Assembly: GCF_001447785.1 (NCBI RefSeq)
Contig: NW_015177016.1
Location: 524,502-588,501 of the forward strand
Length of the DNA: 64,000 nt
Direction of reading: 5' to 3'
From: Gekko japonicus
Lineage: Eukaryota
The position numbers were made by a program, and so were the translations under genes. Numbering within the stretch: position 1 is the first letter of the stretch; every line of letters begins with the position of its first letter. Under the pieces are notes generated by a model. The model did not search any database, had not been told where the DNA came from, and saw only the letters and a program-made list of their open reading frames with translations. Shown here one piece after another: positions 12,875-25,333 of this stretch.

Positions 12875-13452
12875 TCTTTTATTTATTTATTTTGTCAGAT
12901 TTCTACCCCACCCTCCCAGTTGAAGCTGGCTCATGGTGGCTTACATAAAGCAATGCATAAATTACAATAAAATGACTAAAACACTTTAAAACAGTACTGC
13001 AACGAACTGATGACATAAAGTGCTAGTATTATTGTCCTTGGTTGTTGTTATTGTTGTTGCTTTAACAATGGCAGCCATACTCAGTTATCTCTCCAGATGA
13101 ACGGCTCTCAGATCTCCTTCGGACATCGTAGAAGCGATTGGCACTGGCACCGTTGTTAAAATTCCAGGGACACGGGGCTCTCTATTCTACTGCTGTTAGC
13201 TATTGATGATATTTAGTGGTGGTGGCGGCTCCAAAGTCCTGGTGGAAGAGCTCCATTTTACAGGCCCCGTGGAACTGTAAAAGGTCCCGCAGGGCCCTGA
13301 TCTCTACTGGGAGCTTGTTCCACCAGAGTGGAGCCGTCACCGAGAAAGCCCTGGCCCTGGTTGTCACCAGCCTGGCCTCCTTGATGCTTGGGAGAGCCAG
13401 CCGGTTCTGGGCCCCTGAATGCAGTACTCTCTGGGGGACATATGAGGTATGC
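12875..13452 (-). mobile_element. L2 LINE 3' end (preceded by a short CR1 3' fragment, about 12759-12869)
   Basis: (TTTA)n tail plus ccaccctcc..gctc..ggtggcttaca L2 3' motif; ORF2 C-terminal remnant (RAFSVTAPLWWNKLP on the - strand); similar to 57590-58045. Confidence 0.8.
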
Positions 13453-13468
13453 TGTTAATGTTAGACCT

Positions 13469-13963
13469 GATGGCTGAGGGGTGACATGATTGAGGTTTAC
13501 AAGATTATGCATGGGAAAGAACAGGTAGAGAAAGAGGTCCTTTTCTCCCTTTCTCACAATACAAGAACTCGTGGGCACTCCATGAAATTGCTGAGCGGTC
13601 AGGTTAGAACGGATAACAGGAAGTACTTCTTCACCCAAAGAGTGATTAACACATGGAATTCACTGCCACAGGAGGGGGCGGCGGCTACAAGCATGGACGG
13701 CTTCAAAAGGGAATTAGATAAGCATATGGAGCAGAGGTCCATCAGTGGCTATTAGCCACAAGGTATAGATAGGGGCTCTGGGGCAAATGATGCTCTGTCT
13801 TCTTGTAGCTTGGAGGAGCCAACAGTGGGAGGGCTTCTAATGTCCTGGCCCCACTGGTGGACCTCCTGATGGCACCTGGTATTTTTGGCCACTGTGTGAC
13901 AGAGTGTTGGACTAGATGGGCCTTTGGCCTGATCCAACATTGGTGTCTCTTATGTTCTTATGT
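13469..13963 (+). mobile_element. CR1 LINE 3' end
   Basis: RGDMIEVYKIMHG...TRGHSMKL...RKYFFTQRVINTWNSLP...FKRELDKHME and a (TTCTTATG)n-type tail. Confidence 0.92.
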
Positions 13964-14876
13964 ACAGTGCAAATCTAATATAGAAAAATTAATATATATC
14001 CTGAGCTGTCTGGTTCTTAAAATGTGGTCCATGAAAAAAAGATCCCTAAATCCGAATCTCATGATGACTTTCATGTCCTTAAATTGTATAATTTATATAG
14101 GTGTGTGTTTGGTCGTGTCTATATGTGTGTTTGAGCGAAAGAGAGAGAGTGTGTTCTATACTGGTGAGGATACAATTAAGCTTCTCAACTTACTTGAATG
14201 TGACACACGCACACCCCAAAAAATGAGGGGGGGGATCTTTGCTTTTTTAAAAAAGAACAGAATGGAAAAACTGAAAAATTTGGGGGAGCACTGAAAGAAA
14301 CTCCTATTAAATATTTACTCTTTTAGAACAAATAAAATGCTTCTTAAGGCAAGTTTTTCCACACATATTATAGTATGAAAAAGTCTTAACAATTGTGAAA
14401 GTTTGGCAGGCACTGGGGGGGGGAAACCCTTCTTGTACCGTAGACAATATTTTCAAGATTTTTTTTGTTAAAATGTAAATATTTTGGCAACAATTAATAT
14501 GCTATGGTTACATCGTACATAAGGTATTTAATGATGAACAATTTTTGCTGACTCCCCATTCCTGTCTCTTTCTTGTCATTCCTCATGATCCCCTATCTCC
14601 CAGGAGCAGTATTTTGTGGAGATCACTGGGCTGCAGTAGGAGGGGGAAGGCAGGAAAGTTCCATTCTGCTATTGGAATATTAGTCTGGACCCAACCCTAT
14701 TAAAGAGTAGAGTGTTTTCAATTGTATACAATTTATCTTAATATCCAGACATGCTGGTAGTCCTATCTGTTGTAACTCTGAGAAAATTCCTGTCCAAATA
14801 CTAAACTTTGTTCAGTTTACTGTACAATTTGTTTTCTACCTTCAGATGGCAAAAATTAAGATACTTGTGCTATGGT

Positions 14877-15093
14877 TAGTTTGCCAACCTCCAGGTATGG
14901 CTGGGAAATCTTTTGGAATTACAACTGATCTCTAGACTACAGCAATCAGTTTCCCTGCAGAGAATGGCTGCTTTGGAGGGTGGACTGTATGGCATTATAT
15001 CCTTCTGAGGTCCTTCCCCTTGCCAGATACCATCCTCCCCAGGCTTTACTCCCAGATCTCCAGGAATTTATCTACCCGGAGTTGGAAACCCTA
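14877..15093. mobile_element. hAT-Blackjack-type MITE
   Basis: Termini tagtttgccaac / gttggaaacccta (consensus TAGGGTTGCCAAC); 8-bp TSD gctatggt (14869-14876 / 15094-15101). Confidence 0.8.
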
Positions 15094-15612
15094 GCTATGG
15101 TAGCGTAAGTTGCTGCTGTTTGCAACTGTTTTTCAAGTATTTGACATACTTGCTATTTTTCTTATAGAAAATGAAGATATTATGCTTTAAATCCTATAAT
15201 TATGCCAAATAGTACAATTTTATATGCTAAGCTATAAATAATGCACTTTATGTTATTAAATCAGTGAAAGAAGTTTTGGTTTCATATGAAAGTAAGAACT
15301 GCATATTTTTCAATCCCCCCCCCCAACACATACATATTCTGTTTGTTTTTCCAGGGGGAGGAGTTCATTTACTGTGGCTTCAAAAGTTCCAGAAAATGTA
15401 TCTCTCTGTACTTGCTCATTTAGAATATTCAATATCTGTGTTTGATAAGAGAAGAATGTATTTGTTTGTTTTTTAGTCCCAGCCTTGAAGCACTCAAAGA
15501 GGCTTAGTCTCACAACAACCCCATTGAGGCTGGTTAAGGAGAGAAGCAGTAACTGGCCTAAGGTCACCACTGTTCTTCATGACACAATTTACTATTTATT
15601 AAAAATGTATAT

Positions 15613-18600
15613 TTTCTCCTTCAGTGGGGGAAGTCATCCAGACTGGTTAGGTCACGCCTCCTCTCGCTCCAGGCAGGGCTATGCAAATTTGTGTAGACTG
15701 TATTGGCTCAGAGTGAGGCTGACTCTCCAGTTTCAATAGCCCTGCCGCTCCAGCAGGACGCTTGAGCCTAGCTCTGCTTTCTTGGGGACTCTTGCCTTAT
15801 ATGGAAGATGGAAAAGCCTTGAAGAAAGGCCCCATCGTCAGCCTTAACAGAAGAAAAAAGAGACCTTTAAGACAAGCCTCTCCCGCCTGAGGTTCCAGGC
15901 ACCAGAGACTGGCCAATGGCAGAAACATCTGCAATGCCACAAACTGCCCTCAGTGAGAGACCGTTGTGGCAGGCCTCTCCCGCCTGAGGATTCAGGCATC
16001 AGAGACTGGCACGGGCCTCTATCGGTGCTGCCAGACCCGAGGCTTCAGGTTGTTTCTGCAGCCGGCCCCCCAACTGCGCTTGAAAAATCAAGCAGAGCTC
16101 TACTGGGCCTGAACCCGGAGCCGGTCTCTTGGAGTCTCTTACCGTGTAAGTATGGAAGTCGGAAGGGCCTTGAGGCAGGGCCCCATGGCCGGTCTTAGAG
16201 AGAAAGGGGAGACCATTGTGGCAAGCCTCTCCCACCTGAGGATTCATGCATCAGAGACCGGCATGGGCCCATCAGTGCTGGCAAACCCAAGGCTTTGGGT
16301 CATTCCCCAGCCAGCCCTTGACTGTGCTGAAAACACCCAACAGAGATCTACTGGGTCTGAACCCAGAGCCACTCTTTTCGAGTCTCTTACCTGTAAGTAT
16401 GGAAGACAGAAGGGCCTTGAGGCAAGACTCCACGGCCAGTTTTAGAAAGAAGGTGAGTCTATTGTGGCAGGCCTCTCCCACCTGAGGCTTCAGGCATTGG
16501 AGACTGGCACGGGCCTCTGTTGGTGCTGCTAGACCTGAGACTTCAGGTTGTTTCTGTAGCCAGCCGCTGGCTGCACTGGAAAAACCCAGCAGAGCTCTAC
16601 TGGGTCCAGCAACCATGAGGAGATTGCAGCGTCTGGCCTGCTCCATACCGACTTGGAGGCTTCCAGGCCTACAGGAAGTGAGAGGGTTGGAGCTGAAGGG
16701 CCCCCCAAGAGACATAGGGGCAGTGGGACGAGGACCCCCAAGGTGAACAAAGGGTCGATCCAAGCAAATGCAGCAGAGCAGGCCCCCCTCCAAGCCTTCT
16801 CTGAGGCCTTCCCCAGTGGTTTTGGCAGTTCCAGTAGGGCGGCTGCTCAGGGTTTTCCCCGCTCTTTTTCTGCCCTCCCTCTTTAGGCCTTTAGTCTGGC
16901 CTCAGCCTCCCCCAGCCCTGTGCGTATGCAACCAGGAATCAGTAGTGGCCGGGGAACACAATGCAAGGATCAGATTGTCCAAGGCAGAGGGAGCCCATTG
17001 GAAAATATGAACAGTATGGATTGGCTGGAACTTGTGGCAGTCAGACTAGCACGGTGTGCTTTCCAAATCCTATCGAGGAACAAGTATGTGCTAAGGCACA
17101 CAGTCAATACTGTGGCCAAGGCACACAGCAATTGGCAAGGAGGCACCAGATCAGTGGTGCTCCTCCATGAGTCCAAAATCCTGTTCGTTTGGACAGGGGG
17201 GGAAATGGTAGGTCTAAAAGGGGAACACCTTTATGGTTTTGCAAACTGCCAAGCCAACTGGCTGAGAAGGAAGGAGTTAGATCCAGGAGAATGGAGTCTA
17301 CACAAAAAGATCTTCTAGCAAAATCACACTTTGTTTCAGGAGCCCTATCTTGGATCCTTTTTGCAACATCAAACTATAATCAAGTTGCCAGGTTTCTAAT
17401 CATTTTCTATGATTCCAGGGCAGAGGGCAAGGGCACACACACTTGTTGTTGATGCAGTGGTCTGCTGTACGCTTTTCCTCTGACCACACTGATCAGCTGA
17501 GGCCTGAACAAAGTGTCAAAGGAGACAACAGAGGTGATTTTCATATCTGCTTTCTGGCACAGAGGTTTTTGGGTCTCAAAGCTTAGTGAAGATGTCAGTG
17601 TGTTCACCGTGGAGATTGCCAAGTGATGGGTTCTCCTTGAACACGAATCCACTTGCCACCTGGACCCTATTTGACTCCAGCTGACAGCTTAGAGATGGAA
17701 CTGGTGGATTTAGTAGGACTGGGCCTTCCAAGTTAAGTAGTTGACACCATGGTGCAGTCCAGAATACCTGCTTCCAGTTGTCTCTATAATCGTACATGGC
17801 AGATATTCAAAAGTGGACCAGTACCAAAAAGCTGGATCCACTGAAACTTATTTACAAAGACATCATTCCCTCGCTACACCAAGGTTTGGAATCAGGTTCT
17901 AAGACCGGATACCTTAAGAGACAGCTTGCAGCACTGGCCTCTATGTGGGACTGCATTAGGCTGCCTAATTTTTCTTCTCATAGGTAATTTTAGCTTCCCT
18001 GAAAGGAACCATACAGTTGGCACCTCCCATTAGGCATTAGTTGTTTACTGGGAACCTGTCTAAAGTGTTACAGGCCTTGAGCAGTCCTCCATTTGATCCT
18101 TTCAAATCATCAGAATCTAAAGTCTCCTTTTTGAAAGACTTCTTTTTTCCTGCAGAGATGACTTCTGCAAGAAGGGTTTCTGAATTAGGGGCTTTATTGG
18201 CCGGAATGGAATTGTGTATATTTCACAAGATCTCAGTGGTACTCAGGAGGGATCCTTCCTTTGTGCCAAAGGTTTTTTCCCTTATCACGTTAACCAAGAG
18301 TTGATACTACCATCTTTTTGTCCTATACCATGTTACCCCAACGAGAGAGTCTGGCACAAACTAGATGTGCTCAGAGCTCTGTGTGCCTCCTTCATAGGAT
18401 GGTGCAAATTACGCTAAAAGATTTTCTGTCTGTGTCTCACAGCTCAGCCTTTAGGTAAAAAGGTCTCAAGCTTTGTATCAGAGATATATGATGTGCAAGG
18501 CCTAGGACCTCCAAAGGATGTTATGGCCCCACTACACCAGATCTGCAGTAACATAGCAACCTTTTGCACCAGTGTTCTACTGGAAAAAATTGTTAGAGTC

Positions 18601-19072
18601 GCATCCTGGTGCACCTTTTATACCTATGTGAGACACTATAGGTGGGGCCAGTTAATCAGCAGACGCTTCATCTGGTAGAAAGGTGTGCAGCATAGTGACA
18701 GAACAGATAAAAATAAGAATGAGGATCCCACCCAGGTTGTAGCTTGGGCATATAACCAGTTTGGATGACTTCCCCCACTGAAGGAGAACGAAACATTGGA
18801 ACTTACCTGAAGGTTTCTTCTCTTCAGTGGGGTGAAGTCATCTACATCCCACCCAAAATAAAATAAAACAGAATAAAATCTAGTTGGATGCAGAATCTAT
18901 TATGGAGCTGGGCTATACTAAGACTGGAGGGTCAGCCTCACTCTGAGCCAATACAGTCTGCACAAATTTGCATAGTCCTGCCTGGAGCGAGAGGAGGCGA
19001 CACCTAACCAGTTTGGATGACTTCACCCCACTGAAGAGAAGAAACCTTCAGGTAAGTTCCAATGTTTCGTTT
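15613..19072 (+). mobile_element. DIRS1-type retrotransposon with complete termini, internally deleted (no RT); decayed RNase H, MT and YR
   Basis: Left ITR about 15614-15733 is inverted at about 18921-19040 and followed by a right extension. ICR about 18753-18843 is complementary to both ends. RNase H WLELVAVRLA..TVNTVAKAHSNWQGGTRS..ANWLRR..EWSL; YR TSARRVSELGAL, HKLDVLRAL. T-rich ends. Confidence 0.92.
15786..16612 (+). repeat. About 247-bp tandem repeat (two full and two partial units) in the DIRS 5'/ORF1 region
   Basis: Recurring gcctctccc(g/a)cctgagg..caggcatcagagactggc and tatggaag..gccttgaggc; ATGGAAG at 15801, 16152, 16399. Confidence 0.85.
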
Positions 19073-21379
19073 CCATTGGTGGCTTACAAATCCAAATTTA
19101 ACACATGATTGTTTAAGAATTACAATGTACCAAAGCATTTAATAAGAAGTAATGAAATGTTCAGCTTCAGCAGTGTCAGTGCTGGACTGTGGCAGCTGAG
19201 TGATCAGACAGGAGGAGAAATGAAGTAAAGAAGGAGAACTGAAACAAATTTTACAGAAAGCCTAACGCAGAATCTTGGAAGCATCATTGTTCAGAAGGGT
19301 CAGTCCAGTGACAGGACAGGGAAATGGCAAGCTTAAAAGTGGGAGTCAGAGAATAAACTGTACTTTGGTGCATAATAATGTCCTTTTTGTAATTGTTCTG
19401 TTGCTCACCACAAGGGGTGCCAGTTTGCCTATCAGAAGCTGTTTGGCTTAAAGTTCCAGCTGAACCTGACTAATAACCAAGAACTGAGGCTTTTTCATTT
19501 TTTGTGGAAGAACTGAGTTTCTTCCCAGACAGCAGTGGTCTTTATACAGTTATGTGTCATTTTTACTTTTATTTGTTCACAGCTGTATGTTGCAAGAACT
19601 GTCTGGAGTCAAAATAAAAATGCTGTAATGATATTTACAACATGAGATGGATTGATTCCACAAGGAAGCCCTGGCCCTCTGTTTGCAAGACCTGAGAATG
19701 GCTGTTAATAATAGGACATTTTGAAGGACATTAATTCATAGGGTCGCTGTAAGTCAGAAGTGACTTGACGGGCACCAGCACATACAGAATGATATTTTAT
19801 TATTCCCAACATATATAAATTTGCATTTCCTTCCTCATGGAATCTCAAAGCAGTTAAGGTGTAAACACGTAACTTGAAAAAACTATTCTAAACAAAACTA
19901 TTATCATCTAATGATCTAAATGCCTTCTTTGGGAAGAGTGTGATGACTGTGGTGCCAGCACCAAGAAAGCTATGCTCCTCTCATAAATTTCACTGACTCA
20001 GAGAATAGAACCTGTAGGTCCTCCATTAGAGCTTAATGGCCAGTGGCAGACTGGCTGGAGGTATCAAGGATTCTAGGCAGAGATAGTACTGTATTTTGAA
20101 AAGTAATAACCAGCACAGACTTTGTGCCCCAAATCTAAGTAATATGCAGGGAAAATAGCAAAGCACAAATTGTGTGTACCGACTCAAGCTATTTTTTGCA
20201 GTTTCTGATCCATTTTCAAGGGCAGCTGCTTGGAGCATATTGCAGCAGCCTTTCCTCAAAGTTATAGAATCTTTTATTTATATAAGAAGTTATAGAAGCC
20301 TGAAGGACTGAACGTAGGTTCCCAGGAGGTCTTGCATCCAGATGCTGACCAGGTCTGTACCTGCATAATATCAACAAGGTTGTTGCATTCTATGCCTTAC
20401 AGCTATACTCTGGAACCAGATTGGCAGGTTCCTACCCCCCACATACACACAGAGGATCATAGCTGGCATACAGATTTTACTGACCAAAAGCACTATTGGC
20501 CACAGTCACCACTTGAGTTTCCATATGTACCTCCATGTTGTGAATTTGCTTCTTCTGTCAGAATAGGTGATCTACTAACTAGATTGCAAAGTTTATGTAA
20601 TATCTTTTACCATGTCTATTTTAATCAACTCAGTTCATTAGGGATCCAGGCATGGTTTTAGGATGGAGATGATTGATTTTGTATCTGACAATTTAAAAAA
20701 AAAATAGAATTGGGTATCTTGATCATATTGAGAATACTTAATTCCAAATAGTGGATTCATATAGAGACTTGAATATTGAACATGATCAGTGAAAAAGAGA
20801 GATCCTTGTTGCATAACGCAGGATGATTCCCATGAATATGAAAAGTAGCTATATTTTTTTAACTTCCCTGGGTATCAGAGATTTGAATCACTTACAAATA
20901 CTACCCCGTGATGCCTTTCCAGTAACCTTGGATGACCAATGGTATTGAAGGCCTTTGAGAAATACAGTAGAATTAGCAGTATTATTTCCTTTGTGAGTCT
21001 TTATATCTACATTGTCTGCTGGGGACCATCCGCTAGATCTTGGTTCCAAAAGAGGACCAAATTTGATTGGAAAAGATTATGAACAAAACTTTTTCTATAG
21101 TGAACTCCTTCAAAGTGCCGTTCTAGCTAGTGTGCTTTCATTCCCTGAGCTACTCTTTGCCCCATTTTTAATGATTACAGAATTAAAATAGTCAAAATAA
21201 TTTTAAATAATCTTCATCCTTTGTGTTCTGCAATCACTACAATCTAATTATTAATAGTAATAATGATATAGGAAGTTGTGTATTATTGTGCACCTCATTT
21301 CAGTGATGGCTTGATCAGTTTCATAAGATAATGCATATACATTTTTTTCAAAACTAAACTTCCGTTACTTCTTTTTCAG

Positions 21380-21532
21380 TGTCTCAGGAATATCCTAGAG
21401 AAGGGAGAAACTTTAGTTTAACAATAAATCAACTGCGATGCCTCTCCCAACTTGTAAAACTGTTTTTGGTGATGGAAGAAAAGATTGAAGAGCTTGTTTC
21501 ACCATGTTTTTCTGACAACAAAAATGTTCAAG
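21380..21532 (+). CDS. KIAA0825: KIAA0825 internal coding exon (1st in window), phase 1 to 1
   Basis: Acceptor ttcttttcag|TG, donor CAAG|gtaata. Encodes (V)SQEYPREGRNFSLTINQLRCLSQLVKLFLVMEEKIEEL..NVQ(G), resembling the recalled KIAA0825 segment GRNFSL..LSQLIK.F. Phase fits the next exon. Confidence 0.85.
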
Positions 21533-22419
21533 GTAATACATATTTTCCTCATTTTCATTCAAAAGAATCACCTTTTATAAATTCAGTAGTTGGAATAACT
21601 GAAATGGGAAAGTAGCATAATATCTCTTTCTTTGTCATAACAACTTCTGATATATTCCAGTGTTTTCTGAGATAGTTCATCCTGCAGTGTTCATAATTAC
21701 TTAAATGAACATAAGCATGAACTTGCTAGCACATCAGATTAGTTGAAATAGTGGGGGAAAGTGAATATTTCTTTTTAGTTTTGAACCATAGACCTCCAAA
21801 AGCATGCAAATTAGTACAACAGGAAGAAACATGATTGGGTGAATTGTCATCACATCAGTACCTCAGCTTACTTTTCTGTTCAGTAGAGCCCCAAGTCTTT
21901 GCCCCTTCCTAATCCTCATTGTGGCTGTCCAAAATGGAATGACAGTTAAAAAAAACCTTGGCCTGAATTGCCTGAGAGGGAAGATATAAAGTGAAAATAC
22001 CTTCTTGAAAGCACTATTCTATATAGGGAAAAAGAATGTTCCAATTGGGTAACGTGAGGAATTTTGAGGCAACACCGAGGTGGAATAGTACTATCTTGGG
22101 AGACATCACCACATTTCCATTAAAAGAATTACAGCATCAATAAAAGACAGCAAAACAGCTGTGCTGTTTTGTCAATGACTTGGCTTTTCAGCGCATGGGA
22201 TAAAATGAAGTTCTGAACTCTGGTGAAAGTGGCCTTTATTAGCTCTGAATTGAAGTCATGCCAGGTAATTACAAAAAGGGGAAATTGAGTATAAGAATAA
22301 AAAGTTTAGTTATTCTTTGCTCCGTATATTATATGGAGCCTTTAGGCTTGATGTACAAAACGTTTGTAAAGGACCCTCAGAAATAAAGTAGTTTTTTGGG
22401 AAGTTCCTCATATTTTATT

Positions 22420-22885
22420 TTATTTTTGCCAGAGGTGGTATCTGAGTTTTATCTAAACCAGGAGGTTTCTTGGCCATCATTTTTCCCTAGACCCAGCAAT
22501 GACAAAGAGCAATGGCTGCATAAATTGGATGTAAGAAGAACACTTAGGGTTTATCTCAGAAAAATCAAAGATTTCAGATCTTCTGACAGATTGTTTGTAC
22601 TCTTAGGGGGTCTTAAGAGGGGTCAAATGGCTTCTAAGAGATCCTTAGCTAGATGGTTAAGGAACTGTATTAGGGAGGCGTATATAGTTAAGGGTAAAGT
22701 GGCTCCCAGGGTTTGTAAAGCTCATTACACTAGGACTATAGCTGCTACTTGGGCGGAGAGGTCGAAGGCTTCCACATTGGAAATTTGCAAGGTGGCCACC
22801 TGGGCTTCTCTTCATACGTTTTCATAGGATTATCACTTGGATGTAGTCTGTTCTGCAGATTCTGCTTTTGGTAGGAGGTTGCTTG
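22420..22885 (+). mobile_element. DIRS tyrosine recombinase C-terminal fragment
   Basis: FLPEVVSEFYLNQ..LHKLDVRRTLRVYL..SDRLFV..RWLRNCI..AHYTR..EICKVATWAS.HTF: H-x-x-R and W motifs of the DIRS YR. Confidence 0.88.
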
Positions 22886-24858
22886 TGAACCAAAAAAAAA
22901 AGAACTGTGAAGAAAAGAGAGATGCATAGTTCACACTACTTCTAGCTGCCGTCAAGACAAGTTCCTTTGCAGTTTGCACAATGGAAACCTATGAAGGCCA
23001 ATTTAGGTGGCTGAAAATAGAAGTTACAACTCAAGGAAGTACTGATCACTGATGCTGTCTGACTGTAATCCCATGGCAGATAATAGCACCAAGGAACACA
23101 GTAGAAAAAAGTGAATGTTGACAGAAAATACATGTTAACAGCCACACTGAAGTGATCTAGATTTTTTAATTTGAAATTTAATTTGTATCTCCTGTGATTC
23201 AATAATTAAATTTAGTACATTTTAGATTCATTTCTGGAAAAAGGTATCATTTAGAAGAACAATAATATCAAAAACATTTTATCGAACTTTAGTATACTTG
23301 TTCTTGTTTATTTAGTTATTTTTATTCATATTACATTTTGTTTCTGATTGACGATTACCGTCATGTGAAGTGGTAATTATCAAACTGAAAACATATTTGA
23401 ATAATGTTCACATGATGTTCTTTACTCAAACTGTTGACTTCCAATGCTGTTGACTTTAAAACTGAGGCTGGAAGCATCATAAATTCCTACCCCAGAGCAA
23501 TTTGAGTTGAAAAATAAAAAAGTTAAAAAATTCCACCATGAATATAGAACCAAAAGGTAACATTTTCCTTTCCCAGAAAAGATTTAGGATTTTTTTCTAA
23601 GATGTATTCACCGATTCCTCATCTCTGTTCTTCCAGAATTAACAGAAAATTCAAGAAAATGACAGAACTGTAATTCACTTTCATCTGGGGCACTGAGAAA
23701 AAAATTCTTTGCTGGTCTTTGACCATTCGTGCAGTTCTGTTCTAGTTGATTTACAGTACAATTAATGAAATGTTCAAACATACCTAGTACATTCATTATC
23801 ACAGAAGATACGATCCTTTGAAGAAACCTGGAACATTCAGCAGCAGCAGAATGGATAAAGCAGAATGTCCTATTTAGAATGAAGAATGCGTGACCAAATT
23901 ATATTTTCCTTCTGCCCTTCTGGTGCGCTTTCCTTTTCCTCCTGGTGTATCAGAAGTCTCTTGTTGAGATTTTCAAAAATCAAAAACATCTAACACACTT
24001 TTCATCTTCCTCTCACCTTCCCCCCCCCCATTTCAATGAGAAAGGTGAACTTTAGACAGATCTGATAATGAGTGCCAAAAAAAGCTTTTTCCAGTGGAGC
24101 TCTTTGAAACCACACTGGGCTAACTTGTCAAGGCCTAAGGTTTTCAAGCTTTGCCTCAGGGGACTAGAAAGATTTGCAAAGGTCTTTCCTTCACACTTTA
24201 AGAAGACATCTGTTTTTTCATATAAATCTCTAGAAAGGGCTATAAAAGAACAACACAATCAGATTTACTAAGTCATTGCCCTAATGGGTAGCTTTTCAAT
24301 GCTTCCAACTAAATGTGTTCAGAATTCCAGTGAGAAGTATACTGCTTCTATGTTTTCTTTTGCACCCTTACTCCAGCTTTACTCATGATTGGGTAGAACA
24401 GTATTTAAAGATAAAAGGACCTGCTGCTCTCCTGTACTTTACTGCCGTGGAGAATAAGAACAGGGCAGATTCTACCATTCTAAGTACTAAGGCTTTTTTT
24501 TATTATTTACAAAGTTTGTGTCCCACCTTTCTGCCCTTACAAGGGCCACCAAGGGCTACCAAATCACATTGCCATATCTTTTTATAAGCATTTTAATGGA
24601 CAGTTGATCTAAACATCAGTTATGAAATCAAATATTACATACATTTATGAATCCTGTTAATGAAAATGCAAAATGGAATGTGGAGCTTATAAAAGCAACT
24701 ATTGTTTGTTACCAGAATTTTACTTTCTTTTACTCCTAACTTTCCATTACAGTTTACTGAATACCTTTGTAGGACACACTGGTTTATGAAAGTGTTGCAA
24801 GCTAGCAACTTTCTTGAGAATTAATCTTAACTTTGATCCTCTTTGTCATACTGCACAG

Positions 24859-24953
24859 GAGTTCTGAAGAAAGCTGGTGGAGATCTTTTAATAGGGGAGA
24901 GTAGAACAAATGGAGCCAGTGTGCTTCCTGAACAGTTACTTCAGATAAAAGAG
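24859..24953 (+). CDS. KIAA0825: KIAA0825 internal coding exon, phase 1 to 0
   Basis: ctgcacag|GA ... AAAGAG|gtgagt. Encodes (G)VLKKAGGDLLIGESRTNGASVLPEQLLQIKE with no stop; bridges both neighbouring exons in frame. Confidence 0.8.
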
Positions 24954-25141
24954 GTGAGTGGAAAAACAATCTGAGACCCTGGAAGTCTGTTTGACTGTGC
25001 CATCAGGAAGTGCAAATTAGAATATTAATTACAAATTCTTACATTCAGCTAATTTCAGTGGTATTACTTAATTCTGCAAAGACTGAAGTTGTGAAGAAAA
25101 TGTATATAATGTTGAAAATAACATAAATTATTTTTTATATA

Positions 25142-25333
25142 CCGTATTTTCCGGCGTATAAGACGACTGGGCGTATAAGACGACCCCCAACTTTTCCAGT
25201 TAAAATAGAGAGTTTTCCAGTTAAAATATAGAGCTGTGCTGATGCTTCTGGCGTACCGGCGTATAAGACGACCCCCCACTTCTGAGAAGATTTCCCTGGG
25301 TTAAAAAGTAGTCTTATACGCAGGAAAATACGG
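25142..25333. mobile_element. Tc1/mariner-superfamily (Tc2-like) MITE
   Basis: TIR ccgtattttccggcgtataagac / gtcttatacgcaggaaaatacgg, TA on both flanks, internal repeats of ggcgtataagacgac. Confidence 0.85.

Noticed and set aside
15786-16612. CRISPR-like or satellite array
   Set aside because: Long degenerate units of about 247 bp without unique spacers, inside a DIRS element in vertebrate DNA.
23200-24600. Short ORFs between KIAA0825 exons as extra exons
   Set aside because: The flanking exons already join in phase and match the recalled protein continuously; these ORFs show no similarity.
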